Source: Lama glama (Eukaryota). Taken from it: 64,000 nucleotides of DNA. The DNA lies in the NCBI GenBank assembly GCA_028534125.1, contig CM052817.1, forward strand, positions 81,718,001-81,782,000, given 5' to 3'. The translations under genes and the position numbers were made by a program. Positions 51,765 through 64,000 of this stretch are shown here, piece by piece. Numbering within the stretch: position 1 is the stretch's first letter; the number at the start of each line of letters is the position of its first letter. The notes beneath the pieces are model-generated. The model was given only the letters and a program-made list of their open reading frames with translations, did no database searches and had not been told where the DNA came from.

Positions 51765-53237
51765 TTTGTTATAAGTTGTTCCACGTTGCTTTTCAGGGTT
51801 TTAGTCTTTGTTTCAGGAGAGAATGAGACTTTTCTCCACACTGATTTGAAGATTACTGTGTTTCATTTCCCTGAAGGGCAAAGTATCCTGTACCATTGTA
51901 GACACTGTAAGAGAAAATGGTAAGAAGATCTCAAGTCTTCCACTATTCCTTCAATTTAAATTGTTGTAGGAAGTTCTGATTATCCATCAGATGCTAGAAG
52001 CAGTCAAGGTGCTGATAGCCTACTTCATAAAAACAACGTATAGAAAACTGAACTACGTACCAGTAAAATTCCTTGATATCTTCACGGTAGTCAATTAGTT
52101 TCTTGGCAATCTTTACAGCCATCCATGCACTTACTTTTTTTATAACTTTTTTCTAAACTTGGCAATATATCTGTTTCCAGATACACCAGAGTCCTAAGTA
52201 TGTCCACACACAAACTTGAAAAGTAGGAAGGAATTCTGATCCCTTGAGCCTCATATGACAACATATCCAAGATCACCTCTTTTGTATCATCACTTCTTGT
52301 CCTTCTGGAGTTTCGTAACAATCTCGACACATCTCTTCAGTGGAGAATATTCTAAGTGGAGGGTATTCTTGGTAATAACCTTTCAATATGACTCAAAGAA
52401 CTTCTGACACAAGCTGTAAAGGACATGGCATGGTTACCTGCAACATACTGCAGTGTCATAAAAGGGGTCTTTATCTGCCTCAACTGAGCTTGAGAAATTT
52501 GTGAATATGAATCTTCTCCAAACTTTCACAATGGTATCCCACTCCTCTGTAAGAACTGTGAAAACCGGGAAGGTTATAGTGTACATGAAACAACCCATCT
52601 GCCGGACAACACAGGCTCCTTCTCCTTCCACACTAGCAAAAGAGATTGATTTTTTGATGTTCACAACAGAATGTTGTACACAGTCCCCTTTTATACTGAA
52701 GTTTAATTTAGAAGTTTGAAAACAATTCATTAAGGCCACAGCTCCACCTCACATTATCTTTTTTTCATTGTTATTGCTGGAGTAGCTTTTGCTGGAATTA
52801 TGAGTTGCATAAAGGTGGATTCTTGCAGTTATAACCGGGGACACAAAACCGTTGTAATAGCAGATCAGAGTAAATTTGAGTCAGTCACTATGTAAGGGGG
52901 GGTATTTTCAGGATGATTGGTTAAATATAAAACCCTTAGAAACATATTTGAGGGCACCAGTCATGACTTTTGATTATGCACGCTGTAGTTTTACAAAAGA
53001 ACTATTTCTTCTCTGGTAATTCTGGGGCAAGTTCTGAAAATGTAGGTACTTGATTTCTATATCTGTGACTTATATCGAAGAAACAGCTTTGTAAATGTTT
53101 AAAGAGTTTGCTTAGCTAAGCAGAAACCCAAGTTCACAGTACAGGGATTCACAACTGGAGCTCTTTTTTGTTTTTTTGTTATGGTTACTTGTTTGCTGTT
53201 TGGTTTGGTTTGTTTGGTTTGTGGGTTGTTTTACAAG
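51765..53237 (-). pseudogene. Decayed FISNA-NACHT-HD1-WHD-HD2 exon of a NOD1/NOD2/NLRC3-like receptor
   Basis: Acceptor actaac...ctctgtag at 53238-53239. Motifs in order: TL*TFTKLFL (53107-53078, FISNA-like); (G>C)KTTxxxxxxxDW (52995-52957, Walker A tail with exact K-to-DW spacing); DLLLQRFCVP (52866-52837); CGLNEL (52740-52723, Walker B DGLDEL); NLF (52647-52639); GLxxxxxLxGF (52596-52561); LG-MLSYE (52271-52250); EFL-PTFQ (52236-52216, FxHxxFQ motif). Several frameshifts, stops and deletions. Confidence 0.72.
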
Positions 53238-54527
53238 CTACAGAGTTTTAAAGGTGGTTAGTCCAGAGCATTAGCTGTAACAATAAAGCACTGTTTTCTT
53301 CAAAACCAATCTTGTTCTGAAGTTAATTCCAAACACTATCTATAAAAATTTTTTTGTTTGTCTTTGCAGGAGTGCTATTTTGTGAATATATTAAGGTTAA
53401 AGATTCTGAACATATCTTTAAAAATAAATTTTGAAACATTCACTTCTGAAAAAAAATCATTTTATATTCCCATCATCTGCTCGTGTTAGAAGCAGAAAGC
53501 CAAGTAAAAGAAACAAGTTGGAAATCAACAAATTACATTTGATTCAGAATCACAATTTTCTCAATCCATCAGTCAAAATTCTAAGAAAATAGTTGTCACA
53601 TACTGAAATACTCATTGGAATTTGGAATATGTCTTCAATTTGGAGCCAACCCATCACTTTCAATATTAATATGCCAAAGGCTGCTATAAACCTAACAATA
53701 TAGACACTGAGAGATTTTGAAATAATTTTAATAGAGTTAAATAATATTAATAACTTAGAAATTTCATATCTTTGGAACACAAATAGGTTTAAGTATAAAA
53801 TAGATTAGCTTTCTTTAAAACGTTTTTAAAATTGAATTTAATAAAATTTCTTTGAAAAGTTATTCCATCACACAGGCTTAATTTTTTATTTAAACTGAAA
53901 TCTTCAAGCAGATTCATCAGGAGAAATGTAAAATTGTATTTTGAGCTTTGAATTCCCTCCTATCACTTGTTATTTTGTATAATAAAATTTCTCCTGAACA
54001 GAAGAGAATGTTTTTAAGATTGTGTGTTCAGTGCCTTCCAAGAGGAATGTGCAATCTACCATTCTGCTGCCAAAGTTACCTGAGGTCTTAGAAACAGTGA
54101 ACGCTAAAGGGCATATGCTCATTCTTGATACTCACAATCATTTATTTAAGCATATCTCTCAGCTGGAAATCAAATAGCTTCTCAGAAACTTTTAAATAGA
54201 AAAAGGAAAACATGAGAAAATGTTTCTTTCTCTGGCAGCCTCTCAGAGGGGAAAATTCAATAGCTTTTCTTTTATAACTTCTGAATCTTAGTATTTTTGT
54301 TGATTTTTCTTTGAATTATTAATGAAATAACATTTAATTTTATGTCTTTGTTCCTCCCCAGACTAGGTGTGTTTATTCCATCTGTACTTCACTACCAAGA
54401 AACCTAAGATGTGTGTAATTTTAGAGATAGGATGATATATATTTCCAATCACTATTTGTATACTTATGTCTATTTGCAACAACTGGTTTCTAAAAAACGA
54501 TTATCACCTTCACATTTGGTATCAAGT

Positions 54528-55705
54528 TGTTTCAGTTATCTATTTTTGTATAATATGCCATCTCAAACATAGATGCTTACACAACAAAGTATTATTATCT
54601 TTCACAGTTTGGAGGGTTGACAGGGCTCAACTGGATGGTTCTCAATAGAAGTCTCTTATGGAGTTTACATTGCAGGTGGAGGGTGGGACTGGCACCATTT
54701 GAAGGTTGCACTGCATTAAAGATCCAAGTTGTCTTTCTCACTCAACTTGTTACTGAATTGGTCCCTGGACCAACACCTGGGTCCTAGATCAGGCCAAGAC
54801 CCCTGAGACCCCTGGTCTTTTCCCTTCCAGATTCCCATAGCCAAGAGCAAAACCAATGCTGAGACTGAAACAGCACAAGCTCTGTTCAAAGGCCAAAGAA
54901 TGGAGAAGCAGGATCGTGGTTCAAAAATCAACTTCTCAACCTGATTTGGGCTGAGACACCACACATATAAGAGAGTCCAGGTAAAAGGGAGGGAATTGGA
55001 AAGAAAGGGAGGAATGTTCATGACTTATCTGAGAGCCAGGGTGTGGTTTGGACCAGGAACTGACGCAACAGTCCTTTTTCAGTCCTTGTATTGTCCTGGC
55101 AATTGTCAACTTTCATGGTGGGTGTGTCATTTAGCATGATGATGTATTACAATGAAGGTATAATGAGGCTCAAGGTCTACTGGAAGTTAAATCTTCACCA
55201 TATTGGGCCTATGTGGTTCTAACCAGTTCTTGTTTTTGTCTTTGCGGCTTCCTCCTGAAACTCAGATAAAGGCAACTGGATTCCATTTGAGGGAGGGGCA
55301 GGGGTATGATTCTGGGGCAACAGCCTTGGTAATAAAATGTCTGGATTAGAGCGTGGACAGCTGGAAGAGATGAGGGCAGGCTAGTCATCTCTCTTTCTAA
55401 GTGGCCTTTCCAGATGGTTAGCTTGACCTTCCTCACAGCATGACAGTTTCAGGGTAGTAAAAATTATTACATGTAATCAGCTAAATTTTCCCAAAGCAAG
55501 TGTTCAAAGAGATTTCAGGTAGAAGATTCAAGCTTCTTTTATCCTGACCGACCTTGGAAATCACACAGTATCATTTCCCTCATATTGTATTGGTTAAAAA
55601 AAAAAAAAGTCACATAGTCAGCCCAGACTTGGGACAATAGAGGAGAGCACACAGAAGGAAAACCAGAATGCGCAGTCAGTCCGTGGAGATTAGCTACTAC
55701 ACAGA
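54528..55705 (-). mobile_element. MaLR LTR (MLT1H-like) split by a younger LTR
   Basis: tgtttcagttatctatt...cagggctcaactggatggttctc (54528-54747) resumes at 55323 (ttcctcacagcatgacagtttcagggtagt...ttggaaatcacacagtatcatttc). Confidence 0.8.
54748..55322. mobile_element. ERV1-type solo LTR nested in the MLT1
   Basis: tgtt...aaca termini, 575 bp, interrupts the MLT1 cleanly. Family and orientation not determined. Confidence 0.7.
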
Positions 55706-57094
55706 ATATGAATAAAGTTAAAATTTGATCCTTAAAAACCATAAAAGCCATTAAGAAACTGAAAATTTTTAAGTAATTTCATAATATCCAAATTGGCTCA
55801 TTAAAATAACCACTACCTCTCTATTTTTATCAATGATAAATTGTAGCAAGGATGAAGTGATGTCACTGAAATCACGAAAGAACCCAGTTTCCAACTCTTA
55901 TATTAATAATTTATCTGAACTTCATTTAAAAAATGTCTGATGAACTTTTTTTAAAAAGTTTAAATTTTAAAAAGTGTTTGTTAAATAATATTTTGAATTT
56001 AATTTATGTATTGATGTGGCTACATGCACACTTGTTTACTTTACAAGAATTCCTCAGGGTAACTGGTCAAGGGCTTTATCTTACAGTGATAGTCTGTCTA
56101 TCTATCTATCTATCTAGCAGCTGCTAGATTCAATTGGGTGCTACTTAGCACAAGAAAAGATGGAAATGTTAACAAAATTCTCTCTCCCTGTGCTTTTGCA
56201 CTAACTACTACCACTGTGTGCTCAGAATACACTTAACTCACTTCAGGTTAAATTCTTATGTTCTGGTCATCAGATGAAAATGGAAAATGCCAGAGTGCCA
56301 AACAATGAAATTAAACCCTCTAAGTTGGCCATGCCATTTTCAAGGTGAGAAAATAATGTTTTTACATAACAGAAATGTGTTGAATAACAAATGTTGAACA
56401 GCTCACTAGACACATTAATCATTGTGAAGTAAGAATATTAATTTAAGCTTTTAATAACCAGAGTAAGTGGTAGAATTAGTACTTTAAAAAAAACTTTTTC
56501 CCCTCCAGGAAATCAGAGGTAATTTAAAGAGACTTAAATGATAAGCAAGTGAACCTCAACTCATGTATATGTTATGAAGGATGGAAAATTTTGCAAACTG
56601 GAGACCTTTTCTATATCTTCTTGATTCTTGGATATAGATTCTTATGGGAGGGAGTGACAAACCCTACAGTTGAAAACCATGGGAGTTCACCAAGAAAAAT
56701 GAAAAACTTCAGTCACCATAATCCCACGATAATTGTTTGGCTAGTGGTTTGCCTCAGAGGTGAGAAGGGTGAATACTGTGAAACTTTATGACATTACAAA
56801 ACTCTGCTTTCCTGATTCAATTCACAAAGGCTATAAACTTAACCTCTCCAATCTTTGATTTATTTTTTAATTACATGGAGTTAGAAATGACACTGCAGTT
56901 AATGACCTAGAGCATGTAAAAGAGTTTCATACAACGGCTAAAAGAGTTTACACTAAATAAATGGTTCTGGTAGTTATAGGATTAATTAATCAGCCCTTAA
57001 AAAATAAAAGACTGTGCTCTTAAAGAAATATCTATTGTTAAAAGCTTGTGTTGAAGACCCATGAAATATCCACACTGGTGGGTATTTTAAAAAG

Positions 57095-58350
57095 ATATTC
57101 ATTTATCTAATATTTACTGAATGACTTCTTTGTGCCAAGCAGGGTACTAGATAAGTAAAACAAATTCCCTTCCTGTTTGGAGCTAAAGAAGACGATGAGT
57201 AACCAATAACTCACCTGTAAATGCCCAAATGTTATGAGGGACACAGATTGTCCTGACAGAGTAATAGAAGGAGTTTCTTTTTACTAACAGCGATCAAGGA
57301 AGTTTCCTTAGAAAGTGATATTTCACCTGTATTCAGTAATTTGACAGTCACCGAATGATAGTTAATTGAAATGAAAGCTTTTATGAAAGCAAAAATTGTA
57401 TTTCCAAAGGCTCTCACAAGAGAAATAGCTAGCCCATTTTAAGGAGCAAACGATGTTTATGTAGATGGAATGTGGAAAGAGGAAAGATGATATGAGATTA
57501 GACAACTTAAGCTGAGCCAGACCACGCGGGGTCCTTTATGCTAATATTCGAAATTCAGATTTTTCTCTGGAAAAAAAAAGCCATTGACAAATTTTACTAA
57601 GATATCATATGGTCCAATTTGTGGGGTTTTTTTTTCCACTATTATTCCACAATTGTTTGGAGAATGAGGTGAATAAAAGTAACAGAGGAAGAGTACAGAG
57701 ACATGAAGAGGTGACCAGGGTCATGCTGGGAGAGATGGACAGAGCTGTGCAGCTGCGAATGATAGTTTAGAGGAGAGATTGTTAGGACTTGATGGATTGG
57801 ATGTGGGGAGCAAAGTAAAAAGAAGAAAGAAGAAGAACTGCCAGGAATATAGATTTTGGAACTGGATGGGTGATAATGCTACTTGCTAAAATGCAGTATA
57901 TGAGACTTTAAGAGTAAGAGCAGAAATCCCCTATTCTGACATCCAAGGAAATTTTCCAGTATCTAATTACCTGAGTCTGGACCACAGATATAAGTTTGGG
58001 AATCATCAAAGGACAGGTGGACTCTACAACCACAAGATGAGGAGAGCTCAGCACAGCAGAGGACGTACAGAGGTGAAGAGACCTTGTACTGAGTCCTGAG
58101 GGACTGCGTGCTACATTGGGGAGAGGGAAAAAGCTCAAAGGTGAAGAATAACCAGACAGCTGGAAGAAAAACTAGGAAAAAAATGTCATTATAGGATCTG
58201 AAAGAAGACAGTGTTCCAGAAGGTAGGAGTGGTGAATGCTGCCAAATTCTGCCGGGAGATCAAGAAACATGAGGACAGAAAGAGACACATACCCACTGAA
58301 TCTGACGACAGTCAAAGCAGTGATGATACATTCGTCAGAGGCCTCCAGAT
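57095..58350 (-). mobile_element. LINE-2 (3' end plus RT region)
   Basis: 3' end attcatttatctaatatttactgaatgac; minus ORF 58172-58387 contains FLDLPAEFGSIHHSYLLE (degenerate LLDLSAAFDTVDHSLLLE). Confidence 0.85.
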
Positions 58351-60389
58351 GGACGCCCACGTGGCTGGGGCTCATTGTAATGACCAAATTACAGACACAA
58401 TCAAGTTATCAGTGGCAACTAATTACAAATCTTGAAGGACATTTATATAAGAATATTAAAAGATACCCAATTTACCCATGATTTTCTCTCCATTTCCACT
58501 CTCTCACACACCTGAGCTTTCTCACATATTCCAGATCCTCCCACTGGCTGCTCACTTGCTCATACTCTCTGTTTCAGTTCTTTTTTTTAACTTCAACAGA
58601 GAAAGTTAAAAATCTAAATTTTTGCTGATTTGTGTGTGTGTGTGGTTTTGTGTTTGTTTGGTTCACTTTCTCTATTCTTTATTTTAAAAGAACAAAAGCT
58701 TACTTTCTCTGGTTCCTTGTTTTCTATTCCCATTTTCTGCAATAAAGGCAGCTCTGGGAAATATCCCACCAAATACTACTGCTCTAGTCTTTCCAGCTCT
58801 TTCTTTGAGCTTATCTTACCCTGCTTATGGTTTCTACTCTCTGTCACCAAAAGCTTGGGACTCAGGCTGGCAAGAACAGAGCCTCCCTTAGAGGACAACA
58901 GCAGGGTAACAGAATAAAGAACCAAAGGCACAAAGACAAAATTCACACCATTATATAGGAAGAGAAGCTGAAAATGTGTATAAGTTAATAAATATTACCT
59001 TTGTCACATGGCAATCATGAAGATCTACTACTCTCAGGTGCCCCAGCCAGCAAAAAGCATCAGTGTTAAACTTTCTTCAAAGGGCCACTTTGTTGCCAAA
59101 TTCAAGAGGAGAGGAGAGGTATATGATATTTCCTTATAAGTCATTTTAATGGAGTGCAAATGATAGCTTATTATGAGAACACTTGTACAGTTAGTTAACG
59201 TTCTTAAGGCTGAGTGATGGCATCAGTGATTTAAGAGGAAACAAAACATCAGTGCGGCAAGCAATTCAAGTCAGAAAAGTGTAGCCTAAAAGTAAGAGAA
59301 GCGTATCTAGTGGGTGTTGCATCAGCTCAAAAGTTAGAAATACCTCATTCGAAATACACTCAAAGACTAAAAGCATCCTGGCATTCAGTTCTTGGCTTCA
59401 GGTGTTTATTCGAGAATATTGAAATTCTCAGAGCAATGAAAAGCCACTTACTCAGAATATGATCCACTACCATAAAAACAAGCTTTAACTGTAGAACTCT
59501 AGACCATGCACCTCTGGACACCAACTAATTATCAAAGATGGTACCATATTGAACATTGTCAACTGCAGTAAGCCATATGTGATTTTAGTTATAAACCTGA
59601 GTTATATCAAATATCCATTTTGATCCATCATTAGAAGTGATATATTCTCTAAACCAAAGATTTAAAACTTTTAGAGCTTCATTTCTTTCATTTTACAGAT
59701 GAGAAAACTAAGGCCTATCAAAGATCAGTGACTTGACTAAGAGAACAAGTTTACAAAACAAGAAGAGTGTTAAAAACATTCAAGTATTCCTTAACTAAAA
59801 AAACATGATTAATGAAAAAGAAATACGCAAAAAGAGAAATCTTACATGATTATTGCATCCCTCCAGCCTATATGAATGGGAGATAGGAGAACCGTGGGAA
59901 CCAGGAGGTTGGGATCAGTGATTCTTCTACACAAATGTTAACTACATTCTTGCGGTCAACTGAGGTAACTCATGAATGATGTTCCCAGATGTGTAACGGC
60001 TCTTATCATAAGTTCCTTCCTAGGTGTCTATTGTTTAATTACCCTAAGTATCTCAACTTTATTCCTATCCTCGTTGATCAGAGTTTTGAAGTTCTTTGGC
60101 TCTGATTTTCTCCAGGAGTTTTTAAATAGCGATATGACTCTAATATCGACAGAGATATGGGTTTTATACCTTGTAGTTGTGGGTTTATTCATTTAACTCA
60201 GTGAACATTGTATCATCTGTACCATCATTTCCATGTGTAGAAAAAAGAGAGAGAGAGAGTTTGATGGCCCCAAAAAACCTCTGCTAGGAAGTAAACTACA
60301 GGTTTTCTGAAGCTCTATTGTTCCTGTATTTTAAACAAAAAATCATGGAAAGTGGAAGAGCCCAGAAAATGTGATGGTTAATTAAGAGA

Positions 60390-61290
60390 AAAATAGAAAA
60401 TAGAAGCAGCTCCAAGGATAATCCAGAAAATGGATTCAACAATCAAATGCTTTAAAATAATTATAGCTAACATTTTAAAAGTAGAAAAAAAAGATATACA
60501 AAATAGATGAAAATAGAATCTCAACAAAGAATAGAAATGTGCATTAAAACAAAAACAAATGGACATCCTAGAACTGAAGAATTCAGAACCTAAAATTAAG
60601 AACTCAGTGTAGGGGTTTTAAAGGAGACTAAATTAAACAGAAGATAGAATTAGTCAACATATGACAGGTTATAAGAATATATTTCAACTGAGACACAGAG
60701 AAAAAGCTAGAAAGAACCAAGCCTAAGAGGTATGATGTCAAATGGTCTGGTGTGCCTTTAATTGGAGTTTCAGAAGAAGAGAAGAATGAAAATGGGACAG
60801 AAACAATATTTGTAAAAACTTATGCATAGAATTTTTCAGAATTGTTGGAAGGCATGTTGTTAATTCATGAATCCAGAAGTTCTGCAAATCTCAAACAGAA
60901 TAATTTCAAAGAAAGCAAATCCTAGGTATGTTATAGGCCAACTGTGAAAGCCAAGTGAAAACAAACCAAAAAAAGCAGCTAGAGAAAAAAGAAACATTAA
61001 CCTCAAAGAATCAATAATGAATGATAGTTGATTTTCAATGAACAGCATGAAAGCTTAAAAAAGTGGAATATTAGCATTAAAATGCTAAAAGAAAGATAAA
61101 TAATGACTAACCTCAAATTCTGTAGCTAGCAAAATTATCCCTCAAAAATTAAACAACTATGTTTGTATGCAAACAAAAGTTCAGGCCGTTCATCACCAAG
61201 ATCTGCAGCAGAAGAAATATTAAGGGAAGTTATTCAGACTGAAGGTAAATGAACCCAGATAGAAACACCAAATTTCATGATGGCTCTGGT
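60390..61290 (+). mobile_element. Old L1M ORF1 fragment
   Basis: aaatggacatcctagaactgaa...gaagatagaattagt...attggagtttcagaagaaga...aattctgtagctagcaaaattatcc. Confidence 0.85.
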
Positions 61291-61309
61291 GAGCAGGTGA
61301 GCAAGAGAG

Positions 61310-61611
61310 ATGACTGTAGAAGACGGGGTGGAGTTGCAAAGTTGCTCGCTTTGAAGAGGAAGGGAGGGACCATGAATCAGGAATCTGCGCAGCCTCTAGA
61401 ATTCAGATAAGGCAAAAAAAAAAAAAAAGAAAAAAGGAAGAAACAGATTTTCCCCTGGATATTCATGAAAGGAACATAGCTGACACCCCGATTTAAGCCC
61501 CGTGAGACCATGTCAGACAAAACCACAAAACTGTATGGTAATAAGTTGGCATGTTTTTAAAAACTATTTATTGTGTAGTAACCTGCTAGAGCAACAGTAG
61601 AAACCAATACA
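61310..61611 (+). mobile_element. MLT1D-like LTR 3' part
   Basis: gcagcctctaga...aacagattttcccctgga...agcaacagtagaaaccaataca. Confidence 0.85.
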
Positions 61612-61619
61612 GCAAGGCA

Positions 61620-62120
61620 AATTGAACAAACAATAAAATACTACTACACACCCACTAGAGCTGCTATAACCAGGTTTGGGCAAGAATGTGCTGAAACTGT
61701 TGCACTGCTAGTGCAAGTATAGAAATGGTATATGTACTATTGAACAGTCTGGCATTTTTCTCCTAAAGCTAAAGCACACCCAAGTTATGACCTAGTCATT
61801 TCACTTCTGAGCATATACCAATGAAAAATGAGTAATTATGTTTACAAAAGACATGCATATGAATGTTTTTATCAGTTGTTTATCAAAAGCAAAGCCTGAA
61901 AACTCATCAGCAGAAGAATGGATAAAAATTGAGACATACCCATACAATGGAACACTAAGTGGCACTTACAAAGAATGATCTACTGATGTACACAATAGAA
62001 TATCTCTCTCTATATACATATATATGTATAAATATACGTGTGTGTATAAAATCAAGGTGAAAACCGAAGATCGGAGCACTTTATGTACCTTTATGCATTA
62101 TATTCTTCAATAAAAGTATA
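61620..62120 (+). mobile_element. Old L1M ORF2 end / 3' UTR fragment
   Basis: tactactacacacccactaga...tatgacctagtcatttcacttctg...agaatggataaa...catacaatggaacact. Confidence 0.8.
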
Positions 62121-62174
62121 ATAGCACAGTGCCCTGTGGAGTTATAACTTACGCAGCAATAAAATAAATAGCAA

Positions 62175-62659
62175 TGAGAGGAGAGCAAAATATGCCACCC
62201 CAAAATATGCCACTTTAGCATGTTGATTATTTTGAATTAAAGTTACATAAGAAACAGCTGGTGTGAGAAGGACACTCTGACACTCCTTTGTCCTCCAGAA
62301 AGGAGGAAATAAATCTCCCATGTAATGGTGTCCTTCCTATACCAGGAGGGTAGAAGGCATCCTTATCACCAGAGATAGGGAATTCAAGGCTGAAAAGACT
62401 GTATCAATGACTATATTACTTCTTTATTAATTTGCTACCCCAAACTCAAACCCCTTTGTCAATTCTTCACAAATGTGTGTTTGTCCAAAAAGTATAGAAG
62501 TTTCCTGCTTTGGTCAGTTCTTTTAAGTTACACATTTTTATAGGTCTCTATGTACAAAATTTAATTTGTTCTCCTTTTAATCTGTCTCATATTAATTTAA
62601 CTATTAGACCAGCCAAAATACCTAAAAGGGAAGAAGGAAAAAGCCCCCCCCCCAATACA
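62175..62659 (+). mobile_element. MER34-like ERV1 solo LTR
   Basis: aaatatgccaccccaaaatatgccactttagcatgttgattattttgaattaaag...taatctgtct...ccagcc...taca. Confidence 0.85.
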
Positions 62660-64000
62660 ATAACAACACAAAGGGCAAGAGGCAATGCGTGAAATTAAAT
62701 CACGTTAAGTTTCTTGCAGAAAATGGTAAAAAAAAAATCTACGGTAGATTGTACTGTGTCTGGGATTATGTTAAAACATAGGGAAATCACTAAAAGAATA
62801 ACACAAGAACAGATTACTAAAAGGCTAATTCAAGGAGAAAAATAGAATAAAATTACTTGATTAACCCAAAATAAGTCAAGAAAGGTGAAATAAAGAAACA
62901 AGTAACAAAGTGAAAAAAATTGCAAGGTGAAGGTCATGAATTATTACATCATTACATTCAATTTAAAGGTAGATTAACATTAGATATAAGAACATAGCAC
63001 AGGAAAACTATTCACAACAGAAAAATTATCATCATCATTACAAAGTTGAAGACGAGGGCATTATTTTAGTAGTTTAGCAGAATAGTGATAAATGGTTCAT
63101 CATAGACAAAGAATACAGAATTAAAACGAGAAGACAGTAGAGTTTTCCTTCTAAAGAATCATTCAGGTGGAAATCAAATTAAAGTTCTATAAAATGGTAA
63201 TTGTAGCTGGGCATCCATTATAGTTCCATCTCTTAAAAATAGTTTTGAATGCCAGCTCTGGCTTTCAGAATAACTTTCATTGGCCTAACTTTTGTAATAT
63301 TGCTTTTCCAAGAATTAAATCTTATTAAAGATATGAAAAAGAATTCCTCCCCACTTTATTCCATATGTCTCTCTTGAACAGATATTATATTTATTTTTAA
63401 TTATTTTGAGAAAATCATACTTTTATCACTGTGAATAGGGCTACATCCCTTGATGATAAATTAGGGTCTCCTTTGAAGAAGGGGATTATTTGTAATGTCA
63501 ATCAACCAGTGTCAAGTGTTGAGATAGGAAATTGAAATATACAATTCAGGTCTCACCTATGTGTGGCGAAGGGAACCTATTTCTCTTTCTGAGACTCCTC
63601 TTATCTCTAGGTTTTGAAGAAGTGGCTAGGTTTTAATTGTCTTATAAGATCTTTTTATCATACTAGGGAGGCTAGCATCCTACAGGCAAAATCAAATTTA
63701 AGATTATAAAGCTTTATATGTAAGCAATAATCTAGTTTCATGTTGTGTTCTGTGTTCATCTTTTTGGTAGTTAACCCTCCAGTTCTTCAGTAATAGCTAT
63801 TTTATTTCCAGTTATTAGGCTTGTGTCCTTTATGTCCCTGGATGGAAGCAGCAGGGTGGTGACAGAAATAAGCGGAGAAAGCCACATGGGGGCTGGGCTT
63901 TGGCAATGAAGCTCTGGATCTACAAGCTTCAAATTACCTTCCTGACATGCAAATTCTCTGTCCATTACCAACCACTGAAGAATAGGATTTGATTTCTTGT

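Larger units (their letters stand above)
10313..53237 (-). pseudogene. Putative decayed, unprocessed (multi-exon) NLR-family pseudogene: FISNA-NACHT, LRR exons, then a CARD-like exon
   Basis: Collinear minus-strand remnants of NACHT motifs (51.8-53.2 kb), LRR-consensus segments with splice-like ends (45.6, 40.1, 37.9, 33.1, 32.7, 28.2, 21.5 kb) and a CARD-like segment (10.4 kb). All carry stops or frameshifts. That they belong to one gene is inferred from shared strand and order. Confidence 0.6.

Noticed and set aside
52150..52640. NAIP-specific matches (VEGEG, KTPF, SHIERL, AQGIR, PFYDT)
   Set aside because: They overlap each other in different frames and have inconsistent spacing. They give no support for naming the gene NAIP.
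51780..52880. Resemblance to a mononegavirus (borna/rhabdo) L polymerase endogenous element: LVWKEKEPVLSGRW near 52630-52596, DNQ near 51985, GTG..NET
   Set aside because: Motif A aspartate context, motif B and GDN are not properly present, and spacing needs many in-frame indels. The same bases are better explained by ordered NACHT motifs plus a splice acceptor.

Overview
This is AT-rich mammalian genomic DNA, very probably camelid (inferred from four copies of a tRNA-derived SINE that looks like the camelid Vic-1 family, plus artiodactyl-type L1 3' ends). I see no intact protein-coding gene, and the ORF track is almost entirely spurious or repeat-derived. Much of the window is ancient interspersed repeat (MIR, L2, L1M, MaLR/MLT1, ERVL, ERV1-type LTRs, one hAT MITE), and there is a 500-N assembly gap. 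The main observation comes from hand-translating the unique sequence on the minus strand across frameshifts. It gives the collinear remains of a decayed, intron-containing NOD-like receptor (NLR) gene spanning about 53.2 to 10.3 kb: a ~1.47 kb FISNA-NACHT exon, several LRR-type pseudo-exons (one of 170 nt with intact AG/GT sites), and a CARD-like exon that lies 3' of the LRRs. All protein similarities were judged by eye against remembered sequences, not computed. The NACHT call is the strongest; individual LRR exon calls are weaker.
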